Source: Lingula anatina (taxonomy: Eukaryota > Animalia > Brachiopoda). Taken from it: a stretch of DNA of 64,000 bases. The stretch is taken from the NCBI GenBank assembly GCA_051362555.1, contig CM120640.1, positions 9,362,001 to 9,426,000 of the forward strand, given 5' to 3'. Shown here in pieces: positions 51,701-64,000 of this stretch (the stretch's first letter is position 1; each line of letters opens with the position of its first letter). A program made the position numbers and the translations under genes. The notes under the pieces were generated by a model that had not been told where the DNA came from, ran no database searches, and was given only the letters and a program-made list of their open reading frames with translations.

Positions 51701-53772
51701 AAAAAGTGAAAATAATTATCATCTCAAATTTAGATCATTATATGAAGCATTTACTTGTGAATTGTTATGATTAAAAGAAAAAATATTTTAAACAAATATA
51801 TACGATACACTCTTAGTCAAACATATCTACTATTAATTGTGAGTAGTATTTGCTTAAGACAAACTGTAATTAAAAGAAATTGTTAAAAACAAAAAATATG
51901 TGAACAAGTTCATTCAAAATGATGTTATACACGCATGTTGCACGAATAGAAAATAGCACTGAACAATACACATGTATACACCTAATTAAAACTATGATAA
52001 ATATATTATTCTTCATTGTGATTTTTTACAACTAATTATTGTCAAGTCTAAAAGTCAGGGTGCTTTTCTATCAATTGCAGATGAAACTTGAAATACACAC
52101 TGTACTTAATAAGGGTGCATGGCTCAAGATTTTCTTCCATAAAAACTCATCTTCAAGAGGACAGAATTAATTCTAACAAGGATAAGAACCAATAACGTAA
52201 CCCTGACGTCCTTACACGTAGGCCTATATGAGACAAGTTTTTTTCAGGCAAACAGACTTTTTTTCATGATTATTTCACTTATTTATAAAGGCCTAATCAC
52301 CCTTGAACTTATTTAATCCATACCACTAACTGAATATGCATAATTCCTTGGTTTTTAAGGAAAGAAAACGATGTTACAACGATAATAAGAAACCACATAA
52401 AATATGTGGAGACATTAATTTAAGTATTTCAAATGCTACAATACTGTAATTGTGTTAATGCTTATTTTTGTTGAGTTTAAGAAGACAAGAGCTAGAAAAT
52501 AAATATTTTAATTAATTAGATAAAATTTATTTTATTCACGTACAAATACTTGCATGGTTATGTACAACAACGATTAAATAGACTGTTCATATTGAATATT
52601 AATATACTCCATGCAGTTAACATACATACACAGAAGGTTGACTAATTATCGGACTAAATTAAGGCTCTGTTCTCACAACTTTTAGATCGATCTATCACCG
52701 CGGGGAGTCTCACTAGATTACTGTCAGATAATCCCCCTTAAGTGTCCGTCCCCGCCTACTACAAGCTTTAAGGGGTAATTAACTTTCGTGTCCGCCCGGC
52801 TGACAGCTATTTAGCGTGAACCCCCAGGTAGTTAGGTCGATCCAATGTAGGTCGATCTAATCTATGAGAATGGGGTGTAAGACTTAACAAAGCCCTCAAC
52901 AGTAACATAACTGTTATGACAGTGCTGTAATAATATTTGAAAATGAAGTCGATTCTGTAAACTAATGCCAAAATGTTTATGTTTTAGAGTTTAATAACAC
53001 AGCTTGTAGGTAACAAGAAACAGGTGAATGTGAACCTGATCTAACGCCAACTTATAATTTCATCAATCCACACGTTTTTAAAAGATCGCGCCGTTTTCCT
53101 GTTTATTTACTTCACTTACTTTTTTCAGATATGCTTTATTGATCAAATTACACTTTTTAGAAGCGCGAAGTTGTTTGCAAACTTATTTTATTCCTTTTCT
53201 GAATTAAATCAGCTACATGTAAATGCTTTTTACTATCCGACTTATAAAAAATACAAAGTTTATTTTACAGAAACATTTTCATTATTGGGAAAACCTTTGT
53301 AGTCTACATAGATTTTCATATTTCATCTTTTTAAAAACAAGCGACTGAAGGGAAGGATGACACCAGATAAAAAATTATTACTAAATTATTTGGAATTATT
53401 TAAGCGCGTTATTTATTACGAATAAGTAAAAAAGTAAAGAAGTGTAAAAATACTTTTTTCATTGACAGTCCAACGTTCAGATGATGCTTGAAACTTATAC
53501 AGATTTCAAAACCAACTTTAATAAAATTGTCTTACTTAACTGACGTTTCATTTTTCGCCCTTTTTTTCAAAATATAAGATATCCATATACCAATTGTGGA
53601 ATATCAACACAAGGAAAACTACAACATTCAGGAAAAAATTAAAAGTCGCTGAGAAATAAATTTACCAATACCAAAACACAGAGGTTATATTTAAATCAGC
53701 GCTTTAAATTTTGTTTAACTTCAAAACATTGACACGCTTAGAGGGAAATGTTCTGAATCTTGAGCTATGCAC

Positions 53773-53821
<49 letters not shown>

Positions 53822-54139
53822 CGAACTAAGCAAATATTCCTACCTTCTCAGAGCCACTTGAGCCGCCATAACTCTCTGGCGTTCCACGACAAGAAGACAG
53901 TTAGGGCAAGTACAGTCTCTCCAGCGGCAGTACCGTTTGTGGCCCTTTAAGCATGAGATAACGCCATGGTTACGACAGCGAGCACACTTGGGCGTTCGTA
54001 ACAAACGTTTGTTAGGGCTACTGGTTGAGGCTTTCCCTGGCATATCTAGTAGATACGAGTCCGGATCGTCATGATGATCTTGCTCTGAAGCAGAATCGCT
54101 TGTAGATGAGGCTAAAGGTGTTTGTACTTCTTCTGTCAT
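48765..54139 (-). CDS. DMRT2: Doublesex/mab-3-related transcription factor, Dmrt2/Dmrt11E type (~395 aa)
   Basis: Exons 54139-53844, 50311-50175, 49519-48765 (1188 nt). DM domain [67 protein letters not shown] matches the Dmrt2-specific post-DM block as I recall it. DMA-like domain and C-terminal FSVESII. Confidence 0.9.
52663..52877. mobile_element. Fold-back MITE, PIF/Harbinger-like
   Basis: TAA on both sides. Imperfect TIR GGCTCTGTTCTCA / TGAGAATGGGGTG. Subterminal TAGATCGATCTA / TAGGTCGATCTA. Shares motifs with the 59584-59991 element. Confidence 0.6.
53776..53816. repeat. (AT)n microsatellite near the Dmrt2 intron 1 donor
   Basis: Direct reading. Confidence 0.95.
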
Positions 54140-57100
54140 AGTGTCTGGACTTGCATGGAAGTTTCTCTGCCACTACAATCAATTCCCTCTGTTCTTGTTT
54201 CCAAATTCACACGTTTATGTGTGATAGTATCACGTGACTAGCGCGTAACCATACCCTCACACTTCCGCATGTCAATCAACGAGACGATGTACTCACTGCG
54301 TTTGCATCTTCTGGAAAAACATGAACGCGGTAGTACTTTTCATTTTACATTATTTGCATTTATTGCCATGTTTTTCTATTGGTCTGGCGCATTTGCACAA
54401 CAAATACATGAAAATATCCCTTGTGCATGGTTTTTCGTACCTATACTTACGGAATAAAAGGCGCCAAGACGGAACCATCCTAAAAAGGAAAGTAGAATGA
54501 TTAAGCACCTTTGGTCAGCCAGTAAAGCAGACTGCGCCGGAATAGAACTATTCTAAAGCCAGTCGTCCCAGACAAGTCGGCGCCAAGTGAGTCTTTCCCG
54601 GCACAGCTGTGGTGTTGCTAAAAACACAATAAAATAAGTAGTTTATCAAGGGGTCTCCCTGGTACAGTACACTCTTATAATGATTTATCTGGTACTGAAA
54701 AAAAATACTGGAAATCGCAACTGGAACACCTGCTAGAAAAATGTTTGCACAGTTGTTGTATGTTTGCTATTTTGTGAAGAAAACAAGGCATTATCTTACC
54801 ATTGAAAAAAACCTTGAAGACCAGAGAAACACATTTAGTTAACGGGCATTGGGAAATGACCGGTTATTAAACTTTGGAATATCTATAAGAGAATCATATC
54901 TCGGCTTTTGTCCAAGAGCCATATGTTTTTCCCATATAACTACCAACAGATTGTGTGCATGTGTGTGTATATGTGTGAAATCGTTCCCGAGGGTTCATTG
55001 CACATGAAATACTACTCGGTATTTTTGCCACCTTAGAAAAATAACAGGCATTCACATTTCTCGCCTCCCATCTGGCCGGAATAAATTTAAGTCACCTATA
55101 AATCGTGCAGCTTGCAATGTCAATCAAAGATTCTTCGAATAAATTATAAACATTCGATACGCACCTTAATTTTGAGATGATTTGTTAAAGAAAAGATGTT
55201 CAAATAAATAAAGAAGAACTTGGCTAATATGTTTTTGTCATTTTTCTCTCGTCTTCCTTTACAGTGCGCTTTGCTCCAAATCTGCATGAGACCGTATTTT
55301 CTGGCTTTCAAGGTGATGATGAAAATTAAGGATGATAAATTCAGGATATTAACTGGCGTGTAATTTGGCTGGTTTTGGTAAAAACAATACACTGCTTTCG
55401 AGATTCATTTCTACTAAGAGGTACAGTGTACTTTCCTCGAGCGCTATTCATCCACCTACGCTCACGGGCCGTTAGTGCACACATGCGCTGTTAGCGACCA
55501 CGTGCACAGTAAGAGTACGTGGCTGTTAAATGCATATATGTTTATATACATGAAGCCATGTCTGTTTAGTCTGTATACATTTGTAATTATCTAAAATTAT
55601 TGTTATTGTTCGACAAAAACACATTTCATACCGGTCTAATTTTTTGTGTTCTGCCACTTGTTCTCGGGATTTTGGCCTCGTTCTACCAGCTGTCAGCCTA
55701 CAAGATTTCTCTTTTCAACAACAGTGTGGCAGGCGTCAATGGTACATAGAACTGATGACATTATCAACCTCTCAATCATCACAAATCATACAAAACTGCA
55801 ACATGACTACTTCAACGGGCTGAGACGAACGCGCAATAATTCCTTATCGATATTTCGTCACGGTGTGCTCGAAATTTTTTTCCTGTGCTGAAATGAGCTT
55901 GTCTGGGTGTGGAACATATAGTGGGTGGGAATAAGAGAACCTAGCGTGAAATTGGGAATAAAAAATAGCAAATTGTGTGACAAACCAAGACTCAAATTTC
56001 ATCTCAAGTAGCACAAAAATCCGATTTTGGCCCAGAAATATGTACAATTTCCTGAGAAACATTCGATCTATTTTAATTGCTCTCTGGAGAAGATTACAGA
56101 AGAATATTACTAAAGAAGGGATACTGATACAAGTTCAGCGCGCTTGCCACCCTGGCTGCTGCCATATAGCCCATGCGGAACATAACGACTTAACCCCACT
56201 GAAGTGAAGGGGGGCAAACTGCCACACAGAAATGACAGATGACACTAACACACTGCAAATGGCTCACGGAAATATGTAACTTGTCACCTGTGTTTTTCCC
56301 CTTTATTTTTATTTTTCCGCATTGTGCTGACTTATTTCATCAACAGATATCGAATAGGAAGCGAATAAAAGTATGTAATTCTCATCCTAAAGGAGATTTC
56401 TGACACTCTGAATTTATTCACTTTAGAGTCGAAATCAAAATGACATAAGCATTTCGCATTCCGCCCTTCTAGGAAGATTTCATCTTGATTTCTTGGTTGG
56501 GCTAAGTCCATAAGTTTAGTGTCTCCATGTTTTTTTTTATGTCAACCATTTAATTTAGGTTTACTGAACGCGATGTGTCCCAGAATTCTACATGTAACAT
56601 CAAACCAATACCAACTCCCTTCACTTTAACGCAAAAGATCCACTTACTTTACCCATAATTTAAGACAAGGCGACATTGCATAGGCCTAAATGATGAGCTG
56701 TCACATTGGCGGTAACGTAGGTCGTTTCAACAACTTTCAAGTTATCGGGGATGTGTGTGGTTTCTTTATTACGATAAATTAGATACGAACAAGCATCACG
56801 TTTCTTCGATTCTCTTAATTGAATTAATCAACAAGGTAACGTCATTCATGTTCAACTTCCTGTCATCCTGGGAGGGGAACACGGCGCGTTTCTGTTTCTC
56901 ACCTGTTTGCCTCCACTGTCCAAGCAAGGCGGCAGCGCGTGCTGTTTTAACTACACATAATTAGGCAGATTGCCGTGGAGTGTTTATGTGTAGCCGCCTT
57001 GGGAGTTCTGATATCAATCCAATGTTTTGTTTTCTTTATTCACTAAAGAAACCATTATACAGCAAGATTTTGTAAGAAAATTAATTGGACCTGCCAGAAA

Positions 57101-59153
57101 TAGAAAGAGGTAGGATATCTTATTCAAATGGGGGTTAATTTTCCACTGCGGTGGCCCTGTGAGCGACTTTTAATGGTCACTACTGAAGCATTCACTACAG
57201 CTATGTCCAGAAACCAATGTTATTTCTCTTTGACACTGACATTAGATGCTGAATCTATTTCAGATAAAGTATACTAGAAATTCAGGATAAGAAATAATGC
57301 GAAAAAAGTATGCCAAATTGGACAACATTGTCAAATCCAGCTCACTGAAATCCATCTCCTGAAACATGTTGATTGTCCGCATATAATGCTCATTCAGACA
57401 CCTTATCAACCCTTTAAAACATTTACTTGGCGTTCGATTAAGCTCACCTTTTAAAAATGCATTTAAGCGAGGCAAGCAATTACAAAACCCAATGTGTTGG
57501 TTAGGGACGAGAAAAGCAATACACCCAACTAAACAAAAATATAATCTCCGACTGCGCCATGTCTTTCACACCACATTGACAAATTACCAGAAACTACAGA
57601 ACTTAACGTCAACTCTGTCGCCCGAGTCATTGACGTGTCAGATTGTTTTAGTACAACACTGTTCCGCTCGGACACCTCTGGGATTGACAGGGCAAGAACC
57701 AATGTAACCCTAACCGCTCTCCCAAGTGCGGTGCTGAAAGCAGTCCCCAGCGACATCCGGAACGCTTTTTGCCTCAATATTTGAAATCGCGCGTCTCTTG
57801 GCGGCATGAAAAAAAAAGGGCAAAGGTAACCAGGTAGACTCCCACGGATGAGTACGACAAGATATTTTCCTATTAAACTGTGATTCAATCATATCTCTAT
57901 TGAATTTTAGTCATTTTGAAAAAATTAAAAGGTAGGCCTATATCTTTAAAGGGAAATACGCTTCAACGACTGTCAAAAATCAAGGATTGAACGAAATTTG
58001 ATAAGTAAATTAATTTGAATTAAAGCAGGGATCAATTATATTTTTCATTTACCCATTTCAAGATCAAAATAAAGTTCTTTTAATTGATTAATCTTCGTGA
58101 GTTACTTATTCAATATCTAAATAAGAGATAATGTTCATGATGTGACTCAATGTACATGTACTTTCCGGACTTTCCAGCCCATGCCCACGAATCTGAGTTA
58201 TGTGAGGATGGATTTTGCTATGTAAGCTGAGAAAGGTAAGACATATGCCATGATTAACGAGACCTAGGCCCTTTACAGAGATTGAGTAGCAAGGATATGC
58301 AAACATGAATTCTCAGTAGAATCTCCGCATTCCTAAAAATACACATTCTGTCGCTGTTTTTTGTTTCTAAACCTTTCATGCAGAAAAAGGAATTCTGCAA
58401 AGGAACATTGATTTCTAAGTTTAAGAATTTTTCATAGTAAAATATGGTGTTTGTGTGTGGTCGTTTATTTTTGGAGGTAAGGAAACAACAGCGGGAACAT
58501 TGTTGCATATGGCTATACTATACGCGTATGAAAGTTTCAATGGACTACCATATGACGGTCTACTACTTCTGCGTTGCAGCAAACATAAAAAAGGAAAATG
58601 ATGGTTAAAAATATTGAATGATTTTGATTTTCAAGCTTGGTTATGCGATCGGAAAACCATTACTGAGAAATATATAGGCCTATATATAGGCCTATTCCAT
58701 TTTCATTTGAAGTGATTTTTTTTTTCTGAAAAACGCTAAGGATACAATTTTATGTTCAGGAAAAGTAAGTTTTGTAATTTAGGTATTACTTAAATGTAAC
58801 ATAAAGCTTTTGGTCCAAATCGATACACATCTTTCTTAAAGCCCTTATTTAAAGAACATTCCTTTGCAATCAGTTGGGCTTTCCAAACAACGCAAAACAA
58901 GATTTAGATTGCATCAGAGGAGCATCCGCTGAGCACTGCGCTAACTTATTTTTTTTATCTAAATATACATTTAATTTCTGTTTGTTCGATAAAAGTCGAT
59001 ATAGTTTCAACGGAGTTAACAAAACACTAGAAATGATGTTATCTTCATCATTTCTGCTTTTGTTGAGTTATGTTAACTTAGTAATATGCGGGAGGGGGGG
59101 GGGGAGGATCGAAACTGAACTACGTTAAAAGGACTGGCTTTACAGCAGTCGGC

Positions 59154-61751
59154 ATGAATGTTGTTGGACGGTGGATGAGAACTTTTGTCCGGAATTATAA
59201 AACTTGCAACCGTAAGAGATATTTGAAGGGTTCAGTTGGTGCTTCATTGTTTACTCTTCATGCAAAGAATACAACGAACGATGAAAACTCTCCAGGAGGC
59301 ATCCAGGTACATTCGTCTTGAGAGATCTCTCTTCAATCTTCATGCACTTTTTCAAGCATATCTCTTGAGCCTCCAACTTCGGATTTCATGGATTGGTCGA
59401 TGTTCAAAAAACATATAAAATAACCCCTCATTCCGTACTATTCGTAGCTATTGAAATGCACCTCCCCTCCTAAAAAGCGGGGATTGTGTTTTGCAATGTT
59501 AAATACATATACAATCGGGGGGAGGGGTTGAATTTTTTTCACAGCGTAATTTCTGTTATCCTAGACCATTATAGAGGGATTTAGACTGGGTTCTCATACA
59601 TGTACCTAGATCGATCTAACAGGATCTATCCATCTCTTAGGGGTTTCTCGCTAAATTGCTTTCATCTTCAAGCGGCTTAGATGTCTGTTACGTTGCTAAA
59701 TGAATCTTAATCACCCCCTAGCGCCTTCAGTAGGCGCGACAGGGGGGGGCGTCTCGATAGTCCGAAGGTTCATTGGTCCGAAAAGTGGTAACATTTTTAT
59801 CGATTTTTTAATCAAGGGTTCATTGGTCCGAAGGTTCTATAGTGAACATTCGGACCAATGAACCTTCGGACTATTGAACCTTCGGACTATCGCTACGGCC
59901 CCGTGACAGGCATCTAAGCCGCTTACGTTGATTGCAATTTAGCAAAAATCCCCTCTGAGATAGATCAATCCACAGTTAGTACGACAGGGTCTAGGAATGT
60001 TCCCTTATATATAGCTACATGTATCATCAGGGACTTGTGTGATGTGTGGAATTCTAGTGCACTTGGGGAGGGTTTAGGATTGCTTGTGGGTGGTTGATTC
60101 TGTTTTTTTTTTTTTTTTTTTTTTTTTTTACATTAAGCATTTTTCAATTAATATTTTTTCTTTTGCTATTACTATGAAGTTTATGTTAGAATCATATTTC
60201 CAGACAGTAAATCCTGTTCACCTGTCTCATCCCTATCTCATTCGCAATGCTGCTGTCAGTAGTGTGGATGCAGCCACTACACTGCTTACACAGATTGTTA
60301 CAGCACTACTCCAGGCACAGAAAGAATACATAGAGGTACATGTATTTTAGTAATTAGATGATGAACTAATATAATCAGCAGAGTAGTTTTGCATAAAACA
60401 GGAGATACAGGTTCAACAGGTTGTTGAGCAGCAAATAAGAAAAACATTGTTTACCTCATGGAATAATACTAAAGGTAGAATACTGTAACTTTGGTGTAAT
60501 AAGCAGTCACATAATGTCTTCATTTGCCATCTTTCAGGCTGTCAGTCATTTGTTAACTGTCATGGAAGCTAACCTTAAAGTGCTGGGGAATCCAGCTGCT
60601 GAGCAGCAAGTCTGGGACATGATAATGGAAGCCAGGGTCAATATGAATGAAAAAGCTATGGCAAGACAGGAACGTACCTTTCATCAAGTCCTACTTTAAT
60701 TAGTTTCCTGAGCATCAGGCCTTATGCAGGCCAGCTTTTTCATTGTCAAATCCCAGTAAATACTTTGTGAACTCTAACAGTCTGCAGAAAGTTTGATTGG
60801 AGTCGACCATACCAGTCAGAAACAACCAGTCATGTGGATTTCATAGTTTATTACATGGGATAATTACCTAGTTAATAGACCTAACATTTGTGATTGGCAT
60901 GGTGAAGTTCAGTCAGACATTGTTTAAGTTCATAAGCAACAATGGAAATTTGAAAATGAAGAAGCTGGTTTGCATTGGCTCTGAAACCCTAGCTCGGGCT
61001 ATGTTCTAATTACCAGGGATGAGACTAGTCCTCACTGAAAAAGTAGGAAAATTGACCAGGGGTTTAGGGTACATGATTCACAAGAATGACCCAAATGACC
61101 CTGAAAAAGTCAAAATTCTGACAAAAGTCGGAAACGTCTCATGAGTGAATTTCTTGTTCATCATGCAAGTAAAATTTATTGCTCTGTTGTTTGATAAGAT
61201 CTTATTTTCTTCAAAGGCTAAAAGTATACATCATATAAATGTAATTGTGATTGTGTGTTTTGCACTTCAGGAATTGGAAACCCTGTATGCATTTACTGAG
61301 AAACTTTTAAACAGTGCTGCTGAAGCTGCATATGCAGCAGGTAAGTTTAACAACATTGAAGATAACATCTAATTATTGTAGGTAAACACAGGTTTAACAA
61401 GTAATCAGTGGTGCTTCATTAATACATGGTTTTTTATCTTCATAAAAACGTATTTTCCATTGGAGTTTTATTTTATTTTTCTGATAAGTTTACTTACACA
61501 GTGAAACTGGTCATTAGATCAGATTAAATTTTCAAAGCAAATTATTGTTCAGTTATTTTATTCAAGGTGCTGAATATGCAAGTATTGCTGCAAGTGAGCG
61601 GATTTACTCAGCTCAGACTCAGCTGAAGGTGATAAGAGAGCAATCCAAAGATGCCACTCTGAAACTAGCACAAATGGAAGCCACCACTATACAGAAAACT
61701 TCAGAACAGTTGAAGGAAAATAAAAAGGACAGTGAAGATCCAAGTAGTTGA
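59154..61751 (+). CDS. DIABLO: Diablo/Smac-like mitochondrial protein (~223 aa)
   Basis: Exons 59154-59306, 60204-60335, 60538-60669 (non-canonical donor, see findings), 61271-61340, 61567-61751. Arg-rich presequence-like N-terminus. VWDMIMEARVNM and SAAEAAYAAGAEYASIAA resemble Smac VWQVIIGARAEM and MAAEAAYQTGADQASITA. Confidence 0.82.
59584..59991. mobile_element. Fold-back MITE related to 52663-52877, in Diablo intron 1
   Basis: Inverted blocks AAGCGGCTTAGATG / CATCTAAGCCGCTT and GGGGTTTCTCGCTAAATTGC / GCAATTTAGCAAAAATCCCC. GTTCTCA...TAGATCGATCTA is shared with the Dmrt-intron element. Confidence 0.65.
59746..59902. mobile_element. Nested MITE with 15-bp subterminal repeats (GGTTCATTGGTCCGAA-type)
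   Basis: TIR GGGGCGTCTCGATAGTCCGAAGGTTCA / TGAACCTTCGGACTATCGCTACGGCCCC. Near-direct flanks GCGACAGG / GTGACAGG resemble an 8-bp TSD. Confidence 0.7.
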
Positions 61752-62474
61752 CAAAAGGAATTGTGATGTGTTCAGTTTTGAATGCATTACTCTATTATGC
61801 CCCTGGCTATATGTTTAATGGGACTTGGACTTTAACATCTAAATGAACCAAATCATTGCAAACATGGGAAATTTTAATAACATGTATAATTTGGGATGGA
61901 AAAAAACATAATCATGGAACTTAAGGTTGCACAACCCATTTTTTTTACCTCAAGCCAAATTGGGCATGGAAGGTACACTTTTGTTCACTGGAAGTGATAA
62001 GTAGGTCTATAAAATCCTTTAGATCAGGGATGCACCAGCCTAATCTGCACCCAGAATTATAATTAACAGAGAAAGAGATGTTTGGAGCCTTAATAAACCT
62101 CGAGCCTTTTCATATTAATTGATGTAGTTAACAACACAGGTGGGCTGCTATAAAATAACCAGCAGCAAGAGTCCATTAACATGTAAAGATATCTGTTAAT
62201 GTGATAAAACTTTATTTTTCAAGTTTACAGAAACATGCAAATAAAAATTAAATATATTTTAATCTTTTATGTGTTACAATCTTCTACCAATTCAAAATCA
62301 AGACTGCTCACTTTTTTTCACAGTTAACATAAAAGCATTTAACTAGCAAAATATTTATCAATATAAACTATATATTTTTAATTAATGCTTGTGTTGGGAA
62401 ATTATCTAAACTGGCAAAACAAATATACAGTATATACTAAATTATTGGCAAAGACTATAATTTCATTAATAGTG

Positions 62475-62800
62475 CAATATACTTCGGGAGTCTCTTGCTA
62501 GAGCAGTAGCACGCATGGTAGTCAGACACACCATCACCACTCAGCTCCCTGTGTGCAATCATTACAACACTCGGGACATCACTGACCAATCGCAGGTCAA
62601 CTCCTTAATACTTAATTACAACGCGTTCACCATGTGCGTCCAGCATCAGATCAATCCCAGCAACCGGACCGCAGTCACAAAAAGTGTACAAGAATACCAC
62701 CTCTACATAACATGCCACAACACAAGACCGCCAGAAGGTAAGAAACTTTATTTTAAACTCACCCCACCTTCAATACTTGCCAACCTCGCTCAAGTATCCA
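62475..62800 (+). mobile_element. Degenerate GIY-YIG endonuclease remnant, Penelope-like element
   Basis: CpG-containing island in otherwise CpG-poor DNA. Frameshifted translation IYFG/ES..R...RM..RHTI..LPVCNHYNT ... EYHLYITCHNTRPPEG resembles the Penelope endonuclease pattern YIGE..R..R..H...PVA.HFN...E..I..L.T..P.G. Confidence 0.45.
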
Positions 62801-62802
62801 TC

Positions 62803-63150
62803 TCAAAGGTATATAATAACTCTTCGTATGAGGTCTATATTTCACAATAAAAACATTGTGAATAACTCATAGAAATATAACATATTCTGTTTTACGACAA
62901 AAACAGGAGTAATAGCTATTATTCTGATATCTGAGCTTGTCTTCAGACCACGTGACCTCCACTGATGGCTATACTCTGTTATAATCTCTTAAAAGATTTT
63001 AACAAAAAAACTAACTATTTAGAAAAAAAAACAGGGACTAACTTTGAATGTAAAAATGGATTCATTAACCATTGGTAAGTATGGGAAATTTGTTGTTTAC
63101 TCCTGGAAAATTCATTTTTGGCCAAAATGAATAAGTTATTATCCCTTTAA
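62803..63150. mobile_element. Second copy of the 5498-5843 MITE
   Basis: Near-identical internal sequence (TCTATATTTCACAATAAAAACATTGTGAATAACTCATAGAAATATAA ... GACCACGTGACCTCCA ...). Right end TTATTATCCCTTTAA is intact; left end is degraded. Confidence 0.85.
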
Positions 63151-63734
63151 CAATTTATCACGCCACTCGGTTGTCAAGGTGTTACTGCTCAAGCAACATG
63201 GGGTGACTCCCGCTCTTGCCACCAACACCAACCAATTATTGAATCGAGCAAATAATTTCTTCCACTCCTCTCATATAGCAACTATAAATAAACTTGCCTA
63301 AGGCAGTTTCATTGGCACCAATATTTCACCCTTTGTGTGCAGTTTCTCTGCTGTACTCCCTACATAACCTTACTCTTGAAACAAAACCTGTGCAGTACTG
63401 TTTTATTGACATAAATAGAGTGCAATTTTTACCACTTTTATAATTTGAAAAAAGCAACCATGACCTGACAATTTTCACTGTATTTAGTTACCACCTCCCA
63501 AAAAATATTTTGCATACATCCATACACATTTAAAACTTACGCAATTAAAATAATTTTTATTCTTCAATTATTCACTGATACATGACAGTATAATATTAAT
63601 TGCAATGTATGGTGTATTAATTAATGTATGATGGCAAAACAATCTGACCCTTCAGAAAGGTCCAGACAAGATGACCCCTGTCTAGTGTTAAGAAATCATC
63701 CCTGCTAGAGCCTGCCCAAGGTCCTGTAAGTGTA

Positions 63735-63906
63735 TTAGACTGGTGTACCAGGTCCTAGAAGTCCACTGTCAGGGGCAGAGTCCCAGATGACTTTTTGGAC
63801 ACCTTTAAACTGTGGATGCTTAGCATCTGCCACCAGGGACAGCAGGGCACTCTCACTTGTGGTAAGGAAGGCACCAGCTTCCTTCATCCGCTGTAAAGCA
63901 AACATT
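63735..63906 (-). CDS. Last coding exon of an isochorismatase-domain protein (ISOC1/ISOC2-like); the rest of the gene lies beyond the window
   Basis: Acceptor ttacatttcag at 63907. Translation [50 protein letters not shown]...* matches the ISOC C-terminal pattern TTSE..LL.LV.D..HP.FK..Q....AP.SGLL. Confidence 0.85.
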
Positions 63907-64000
63907 CTGAAATGTAAAAGTACTTTGAAATTGAATCCGGTGTGCAACATTAAAACAAAGCCTAGCAGTCTGTCTGAAAGCACTTCATCATATGGCAACG

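Overview
Eukaryotic, AT-rich, intron-containing genomic DNA, probably from a marine invertebrate (inferred from gene content, repeated TACATGTA motifs and the CpG pattern). I assembled exon chains by hand from splice signals and phase matching. Genes: (1) DUF1057-like alpha/beta-hydrolase (+, 2872-7240) lacking the nucleophile Ser; (2) a ~1859-aa F-box/LRR protein with a very long disordered N-terminus (-, 8161-19474); (3) SF3A2/SF3a66 (+, 21917-27837), head-to-head with gene 2; (4) a 99-aa secreted peptide with two tandem knottin-type (C-C-CC-C-C) modules (-, 29307-32540), not recoverable as one ORF from the ORF track; (5) a Dmrt2-type DM-domain factor carrying DMA, PxDLS and eh1 motifs (-, 48765-54139); (6) a Diablo/Smac-like gene (+, 59154-61751) with an apparently non-canonical donor; (7) the last exon of an ISOC1/2-like gene (-). 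The most unusual structure is a 30-bp minisatellite made of tandem copies of an exon/intron junction in the F-box gene. It gives 23 intact GTAAGT donors; seven of the extra ones extend the LRR in frame by 10 aa each. Several MITEs, LINE and Penelope-like remnants, and microsatellites are also present. I recognised no CRISPR array, rRNA or tRNA.
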